Shown piece by piece: positions 58,230 through 64,000 of a stretch of 64,000 nt of DNA. The stretch lies in sequence record OZ035743.1, one strand, 5' to 3'. The notes below the pieces were generated by a model. It did not search any database and was not told the DNA's origin. It was given only the letters and a program-made list of their open reading frames with translations. This DNA comes from Phapecoctavirus DIJ07P1. The first letter of the stretch is position 1; the number at the start of each line of letters is the position of its first letter. A program made the translations under genes and the position numbers.

Positions 58230-58899
58230 TTACAATTTCTCCTCTTTTAAGTTTCTCTAGTAAGTCGTTAGGGTTCTTAATATGACAGAAGTTAATCCCT
58301 ATGTCAACACATTTACCATCAAATTCTTCGCTGTCCCCAACATGTAAAATCTCTTCAGCCTTCAAAGGAATGCTTGAATATGTGGCGGTCCTAACAAAGA
58401 ATCTAGGATCTGGTTTACATAACAGATGTTCGTCTGAAAAATGCATAAATTCAAAACAATTCCAACTGTCGAACATACAAGCACGACGCAAAATATCCCC
58501 AGATATAAAATTAGTATTGCTTTTAATACTAAGATCATATTTACCAGACAAGTATAGCAAACAAACTGGCAAATCTAAAGCGATATGTGGAGGAAATTTA
58601 AGAAACCATTGCTCACACTCAAAACGCATTTGTGCAGATTCTACAGGGGTTAAACCTATCTTTCTTCCCAACATATTCCATGCATATGCTACACCTTCTG
58701 CACACCCATTTAGTGCAGCATTATCCATAATTTCTTTGGCATCTTTATATGCTTCTTTTGCCGCACGTTCAGACATTCTACCATATGTAGCAATAGTGTG
58801 CGTACGTGCATCTGCATAGTTTTGATTGGCAGAAATAAGAGTATTCCATACATCAAAAGAAATATGTTTTATTGTCATACTAGGCCCACCACGCATCAA
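58222..58899 (-). CDS. HAD-superfamily hydrolase
   Basis: motif I ISFDVWNTL, motif III CKPDPRFF, motif IV HVGDSEEFD. Confidence 0.6.
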   Translation of the reverse strand: MMRGGPSMTIKHISFDVWNTLISANQNYADARTHTIATYGRMSERAAKEAYKDAKEIMDNAALNGCAEGVAYAWNMLGRKIGLTPVESAQMRFECEQWFLKFPPHIALDLPVCLLYLSGKYDLSIKSNTNFISGDILRRACMFDSWNCFEFMHFSDEHLLCKPDPRFFVRTATYSSIPLKAEEILHVGDSEEFDGKCVDIGINFCHIKNPNDLLEKLKRGEIVNA

Positions 58900-59485
58900 G
58901 ATTTAAGTTACTGTCTACCACAACTTGTTCTATGTGGTAGCCTTTTATCTGTATCCCACTGTTCAAGAGCATATCATACGCTTCATTGAAACGCAACTTA
59001 TCTTCTGCGGAATATAAGCGAGCATTATAAAATCGGTAATCAATTTCTTCAGCATTAGAAGAAATACGGAAGAAGTTTGTTTCTACTTCGGGATCACTTG
59101 CTGAAGTCTTAATGTGAACTTCTCCATAATTTTCTTTACTTAGATCCATGAAAAGAACACAGGCAACATGTTTAAACATTCGTTCCAGTTTGTAACGAAC
59201 AACATTGAAACCTGCATTCTCAAGTTTTTCTACACACTGCAACATTAAAGTAGTGTCGAGATCGCTTTGATACTTTGTTAACATACGATCACGTTGAGAC
59301 TTTGTATCCCGATGTAAATCAATTGTTGTGCATTTGGCACCAATAATCTTAGCTGCTTTCATCAACTCTTCAGAACTAACGTTAGATAAAGTAAGATGAA
59401 AATGGGCTTTCCACACTTTTTTAGCAGGGACACCAAAAGATTTATCCCCACTATTCGGCATGTTGACTACTACACTATGTTGCAT
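58880..59485 (-). CDS. hypothetical protein
   Basis: ORF track. Confidence 0.3.
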   Translation of the reverse strand: MQHSVVVNMPNSGDKSFGVPAKKVWKAHFHLTLSNVSSEELMKAAKIIGAKCTTIDLHRDTKSQRDRMLTKYQSDLDTTLMLQCVEKLENAGFNVVRYKLERMFKHVACVLFMDLSKENYGEVHIKTSASDPEVETNFFRISSNAEEIDYRFYNARLYSAEDKLRFNEAYDMLLNSGIQIKGYHIEQVVVDSNLNLDAWWA

Positions 59486-59500
59486 TACTTATCTCCTCAC

Positions 59501-59725
59501 TTAAAATGGAAGTCTTTGAAGTTCATCTCCTCCAATATCAAGTAATTTAGCAACATCTCGATCAGAAAGCAACTCTTTTCTTTGTAAAATATCCACAAGG
59601 GTTGCAAGAATCTCCTTAACGTCCCGATCACTGTTCTTCAACAGTTCTCCTGCCGTCCCTACTCTATCTCCTACAGCAAAATATGTAACCATGAAACCTC
59701 CTAAGTTAATCTGATTGCCAACCAC
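59501..59725 (-). CDS. hypothetical small protein
   Basis: ORF track. Confidence 0.2.
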   Translation of the reverse strand: MVGNQINLGGFMVTYFAVGDRVGTAGELLKNSDRDVKEILATLVDILQRKELLSDRDVAKLLDIGGDELQRLPF

Positions 59726-60176
59726 TTGCCGTTTTGGTCCATAATCTTTGATTATCTGACCCTCTGAAAGGTTTTGTAGTTGGATTGTTTATTTCGTACT
59801 TTCCGTCTACAATAATGTCAATAAGATTTTTAATATACAAAGGCACTTCCTCAAAAGTATATCCTGTATACACCATTATATCTTTGCTTGACCCATAAAC
59901 GTCTCTAACCTTTTCTATAAGGCTTTTAACATTGTGAATATTCTGCGGATCTAATGGTTCTCCTCCTAAAATTGTTAAACCTTTTACAAATGGTCTTGAC
60001 AAATCTTTTAAAACTTGCTCTACATTTTCGTCAGTAAACGGTTTCCCATAAGAATAAGACCAGGCTTTTTGGTTAAAACAGCCACGACAACCGTGGCTAC
60101 AACCACTAACCCAGAGGGAGCACCTAACTCCCTCACCATTAATAAGATCTACAGGTTCATATCCTGCAAAATTCAA
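59706..60176 (-). CDS. nrdG: anaerobic ribonucleotide reductase activating protein
   Basis: radical-SAM cluster motif CSHGCRGC near N-terminus; 156 aa; downstream of nrdD. Confidence 0.8.
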   Translation of the reverse strand: MNFAGYEPVDLINGEGVRCSLWVSGCSHGCRGCFNQKAWSYSYGKPFTDENVEQVLKDLSRPFVKGLTILGGEPLDPQNIHNVKSLIEKVRDVYGSSKDIMVYTGYTFEEVPLYIKNLIDIIVDGKYEINNPTTKPFRGSDNQRLWTKTASGWQSD

Positions 60177-61987
60177 AGATGTTTCTCCCTTTGCAAAACT
60201 TCCTGCATTTTACCTTTGTTATAAGGCCGTGAATTAGGGGCAGAAAGATACCCTGATACACGCCTAACTACAGAAATAGTTTCTTCTTCATGGTTGCCAC
60301 AATCAGGGCACTCAAACCCTTTAGCCGTTGCCTTAAATTCTCCATGAAAACCACACTTAAAGCATTGATCCACGGGCTGATTAATACCAAAATAGTGAAT
60401 ATGTTCATAAGCGTAGTCTACTAAAGTCTCCAAAGCTTCTAAGTTATTCTTTAAGTTTGGTGTTTCGACATAACTTATGTTACCACCATTGCTAATCTGT
60501 GCAAAACCTGCTTCATAATCCCATTTTTCAAAAGGATTTGTTACCAACCATACAGGTTGGTGAAAAGAGTTGGTAAGATAGTCTCTTTCTACCAAACCTG
60601 GGTATTTTTCATTTAAAGCTGTTGCAAACTTATAGCACAAGGATTCTGCTGGAGTTCCATAGAGACTAAACGCCAACTTAGATCGTTCTTTAAACACAGC
60701 ACACACATCTTTCATATGTTGCAGAACGCTTTTACCAAGTTCCTTTTTATCTTTTTCTTCTGGATAAAGGATTTCCAAAGCTTCGGCAAGACCTACATAA
60801 CCAATACTAATAGAAGCATAACCACCTTCAAACAAAACACCAATTTCATCATTGGCATTTAAACGCGCTAAAGCCCCTTCCATGAAAAGAATAGGGTTTT
60901 CAGATGCTTTGGTATGTTTAATACGGTTTACACGTAACATGTGAGCATCGTAGGCTATCTCCATATGTTTATTAAGGAGGTCGGTGAAAGATTCTCCTTT
61001 ACTTCTCGCTTCCGCAGCAATCAGAGGCAAGTTGATAGAAACTACTCCAAGGTTGAATCGTCCATCATATTTTTCTCCTTGTTCGGTGGCATAGTACGAC
61101 AAAAAGGAACGACAACCCATACTCGTAACAGTACCATCTGCTGATCCCGTAACTTCTTTGTTCAAAGGAACAGAAATAAAATCTGGATAAATGCGATCAG
61201 CACAACATGCCAAAGCTTGTTGCTTAAGGTCATAGTTAGGATCACTAGGTTTCATGTTCACACCTTCTTGTAAAAAGAAAATAACTTTAGGAAATACAGG
61301 TGTTACATGATCTTTGCCTAGACCATTACTATGCACTTTAAGATAGTTAGCTGTGATCATTCTGCCAAAAACAGAGGTATCCAGGCCCATACTGATTGTA
61401 ATAAAAGGAGATTGTCCATTTACACTCATTAAAGTATTAACCTGATACAAGAGAGTTTGCATAGCATCATATACATCTTGTTCGGTCATTTCTAGGGCTT
61501 CTTTCCTTGCATAACAACCGTAGCGACGTTTAGTTATCTCCATGTTTTTAAGGAAACTAGCTTCAACATAAGGACTAAGACCTTTATCAATGTGCGCACA
61601 CGTCTGACCTCCATACTGACTGGAGGCAACAGCTTGGATGATTTGAGTTAGCACTGTAGTAGCTACTCCAATAGATTTTGGTTTTTCTATCTGTGCAGCA
61701 CCGATCTTAAAACCATTCTCTAACATATCTTGATAATTAACAAGACAACAGTTTGTAAGAGGAGAGAGCAGATAATCCAAGTCGTGAATATGTCCAAAAC
61801 CTTCTGTATGCCATTCTGACAAGTTTTTTGGCAGTATCTGTGTCATTGCCATATGTTTGCTTAAAATCCCCGCCAAGAGATCCCTATGCGTGTTAACGAG
61901 GTGGGAAGGTTTGTTTGCATTCTCTCTAGTGTATGTTTCTGAAGTGCGATCTAAAAAAGAAAAAACATCTTGGTACAAATCTTTCAT
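60173..61987 (-). CDS. nrdD: anaerobic ribonucleoside-triphosphate reductase
   Basis: 604 aa; C-terminal zinc ribbon CFKC...CPDC and glycyl-radical motif RRVSGYL. Confidence 0.85.
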   Translation of the reverse strand: MKDLYQDVFSFLDRTSETYTRENANKPSHLVNTHRDLLAGILSKHMAMTQILPKNLSEWHTEGFGHIHDLDYLLSPLTNCCLVNYQDMLENGFKIGAAQIEKPKSIGVATTVLTQIIQAVASSQYGGQTCAHIDKGLSPYVEASFLKNMEITKRRYGCYARKEALEMTEQDVYDAMQTLLYQVNTLMSVNGQSPFITISMGLDTSVFGRMITANYLKVHSNGLGKDHVTPVFPKVIFFLQEGVNMKPSDPNYDLKQQALACCADRIYPDFISVPLNKEVTGSADGTVTSMGCRSFLSYYATEQGEKYDGRFNLGVVSINLPLIAAEARSKGESFTDLLNKHMEIAYDAHMLRVNRIKHTKASENPILFMEGALARLNANDEIGVLFEGGYASISIGYVGLAEALEILYPEEKDKKELGKSVLQHMKDVCAVFKERSKLAFSLYGTPAESLCYKFATALNEKYPGLVERDYLTNSFHQPVWLVTNPFEKWDYEAGFAQISNGGNISYVETPNLKNNLEALETLVDYAYEHIHYFGINQPVDQCFKCGFHGEFKATAKGFECPDCGNHEEETISVVRRVSGYLSAPNSRPYNKGKMQEVLQREKHL

Positions 61988-62054
61988 TATTAATCCTTAT
62001 TTTGTGAGTAGAACTATTATTCTACCTCTTCCAACCGAAAAAAGCTTTGAGGGA

Positions 62055-62082
62055 AATCAAAAAAGGCGCAAAGTGCGCCTTT
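62055..62082 (-). terminator. intrinsic terminator (minus strand)
   Basis: AGGCGCA-CTT-TGCGCCT followed by TTTTTTGATTT on minus strand. Confidence 0.55.
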
Positions 62083-62090
62083 AAGTTTTA

Positions 62091-63506
62091 TCATTTGGAG
62101 AGGAATTGTCTTCCCATGATCTTACCGTTCTTCACAGCGGTCCCATCGTGTCCATTGTAATCCCAGGTTCCATCGATATTACGCAAGAAGCTATCACGAA
62201 CAGTATAGGCTTTACCGTTCTCTACTTTACTTTCTTCCACAATGATTGCCATAACAAGCTTATTTTCAATTTCGGTAGTAACCGATTCTTTGATACCCTC
62301 TGTAACTTCACGATCATATTGGATATAAACTCGCTCCTCGGTTACTTGCACGTCTACCACATTTTTAAATGTGTAGGTCTGTTGCGTAGTGTAGAGGACA
62401 CGAACGACACTCTTCTTACCTACCGGAGGCTTCTTACGAGGCTTACGGTAACGTGGTTTAGGGTTGTTAGTTGGAAGCCAACCAACAATATCCCGATCAT
62501 ATCCAACATGACCCCAAGTGAAATGCGTAGCCGATCCACTATCCGTAGTTCCGTCACGAAAGAGAACTTCTACGTGACCACCACAAGGGCGGTGTCCACC
62601 ATTATTATAGTTGTATTTTGCCGTGCGCGGGAGAATGAAGTATTCTTTAATCGCCCACTCTTCCAGATTGTCGATATTCCAAGTGAATACTGTTCCCTTA
62701 GCAACATCTGTTTGACCATTGTTGAAGCGAACCTGCACGAAATCTTCTGAAGGCATAACACCTGTGTTCGGCAGATATTCAAATGCAGTATCTTCCGCTA
62801 CAAACTGTTCTTCCTCTTGCTCCTCAATACTTGGCACAGGCGCAGCTTCATCGTATTTCGCAGCAAACATATTTTTAAATTCTTGAGCCGTGACTTCTAC
62901 AAGGCCGCGATCACCAGTAGCAGCAGAGTGTGGGCGTGGTAAATCCCCAACTTCAATATGCATTGCATCTAAGCCTGCTTGACGATCAAAGAAGATAACC
63001 TTGCGGAATTGTTTATCTTTATATTGTGGCAGTTCATACATACTTGGATCGATTGTCTTCAAACGTTCAGCATCTTCTGGCTTCCAGAAGCTTTTACCTG
63101 TTGCAAATCTAAAGTCTACCAGTAGTTTAACAACATCTCCTAATGATAAACTATCTGCATCTACGAAAACGTCTTCGATTCCCAATAACCCTGATTTCTT
63201 AAGAATCAGATCTAACATGTAACCTCCTGTGGTTTGTTCTGCATCTGGATAACGATCAACACTGGTGCTGGTTACACCGTTTATTTCACCAGTGGAGGCA
63301 TTGTAGGAAATATATGGGAAGGTCATATCGTTCATTGCAAAATCACCTGAACAGGTTGGATCATCTTCTCCCTCCCAACCATACACCTTCACAATACCTT
63401 CACACAATTTGTCATACACACCAGCGCGACGTGCTGCTTCAGCAACTTCCTGTTTACGGGCAAATTTATTAATCATGATTCCTCCTGTTAATTGCCATAG
63501 ATGCAC
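62091..63506 (-). CDS. hypothetical protein (471 aa)
   Basis: ORF track; no motif recognised. Confidence 0.3.
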   Translation of the reverse strand: MHLWQLTGGIMINKFARKQEVAEAARRAGVYDKLCEGIVKVYGWEGEDDPTCSGDFAMNDMTFPYISYNASTGEINGVTSTSVDRYPDAEQTTGGYMLDLILKKSGLLGIEDVFVDADSLSLGDVVKLLVDFRFATGKSFWKPEDAERLKTIDPSMYELPQYKDKQFRKVIFFDRQAGLDAMHIEVGDLPRPHSAATGDRGLVEVTAQEFKNMFAAKYDEAAPVPSIEEQEEEQFVAEDTAFEYLPNTGVMPSEDFVQVRFNNGQTDVAKGTVFTWNIDNLEEWAIKEYFILPRTAKYNYNNGGHRPCGGHVEVLFRDGTTDSGSATHFTWGHVGYDRDIVGWLPTNNPKPRYRKPRKKPPVGKKSVVRVLYTTQQTYTFKNVVDVQVTEERVYIQYDREVTEGIKESVTTEIENKLVMAIIVEESKVENGKAYTVRDSFLRNIDGTWDYNGHDGTAVKNGKIMGRQFLSK

Positions 63507-63969
63507 GAGGTTCGGCTATGGCTGTTGCATAAATATATGGATGACCTTGTGGGGACAATCTTGTTCCGAATGACCCTAATTCTAAACCATTCATGTCTTC
63601 CACGTCAAGACCAATATCTGTCTCTATGATTTGAGTTTGAACTTTGTAATACGTCCAAAAGAAATAGCGCATAGTTTCGGCATATTCTTTGACGGACGCT
63701 CCTGGATAAAACTCAATAATTTCCAACTTTAAGAAAATGTTAAAATGAGCATCATCCAACTCTTCTTCTGTTCGGTAGCAAGGTGTTAGAGCCATATAAG
63801 GATGATCTGTTGAAAATTCAAACCCATCTTTCTCCATCTGGAGGAAAGACTGCTCTGCACTGGCTACGTAGAACTTACCATTAGGATGCCCCAAGGGGCG
63901 ATCCTCTTTACCTTCTGGTAATGTATATGCAAGGATATCCGCATCTACAAGATAAGGGACTTCCAACAT
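63469..63969 (-). CDS. hypothetical protein (5' end may lie beyond the window)
   Basis: ORF track. Confidence 0.25.
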   Translation of the reverse strand: MLEVPYLVDADILAYTLPEGKEDRPLGHPNGKFYVASAEQSFLQMEKDGFEFSTDHPYMALTPCYRTEEELDDAHFNIFLKLEIIEFYPGASVKEYAETMRYFFWTYYKVQTQIIETDIGLDVEDMNGLELGSFGTRLSPQGHPYIYATAIAEPRASMAINRRNHD

Positions 63970-64000
63970 CTCCGCAAATCGCCCGTAGTAATCAATAGCT

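Noticed and set aside
62106-62750. 214-aa plus-strand ORF
   Set aside because: Antisense within the 471-aa minus-strand gene; surrounding region is minus-oriented with a terminator at 62055-62082.
1-64000. tRNA genes or CRISPR arrays
   Set aside because: Intergenic spaces are short and no T-loop-like GTTCGAATC motif in an intergenic context, nor any regularly spaced direct repeats, were seen; cannot be fully excluded without tRNAscan-type search.

Overview
This window looks like part of a tailed dsDNA phage genome, with two convergent modules meeting at a bidirectional terminator near 35.9 kb. All calls are from reading the sequence and ORF track; no database search was run. The plus-strand half (1-35.8 kb) is a morphogenesis module: an overlapped spanin pair, a large terminase interrupted by a mini-intein in its P-loop, portal, scaffold, major capsid, then a P2-type contractile tail set (sheath, tube, frameshifted chaperone, tape measure, gpV-like spike, baseplate, fibers and a beta-helix tailspike). 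The minus-strand half (36-64 kb) carries T7-like replication genes (family A DNA polymerase, gp4-like primase-helicase, SSB ending DFDDDIPF), a methyltransferase, a run of glycosyltransferase-like genes and anaerobic ribonucleotide reductase NrdDG. The most notable content is a phage-borne Ter-like island (48.9-59.5 kb): a TerD-family protein, a vWA protein with a TerD-like N-terminus, a TelA-like protein, a TerC membrane protein, SprT-like protease, macro domain, phosphoribosyltransferase and HAD hydrolase. Consensus sigma70-type promoters and hairpin terminators occur throughout, and the SSB tail suggests an enterobacterial host. No tRNA genes or CRISPR arrays were recognised.
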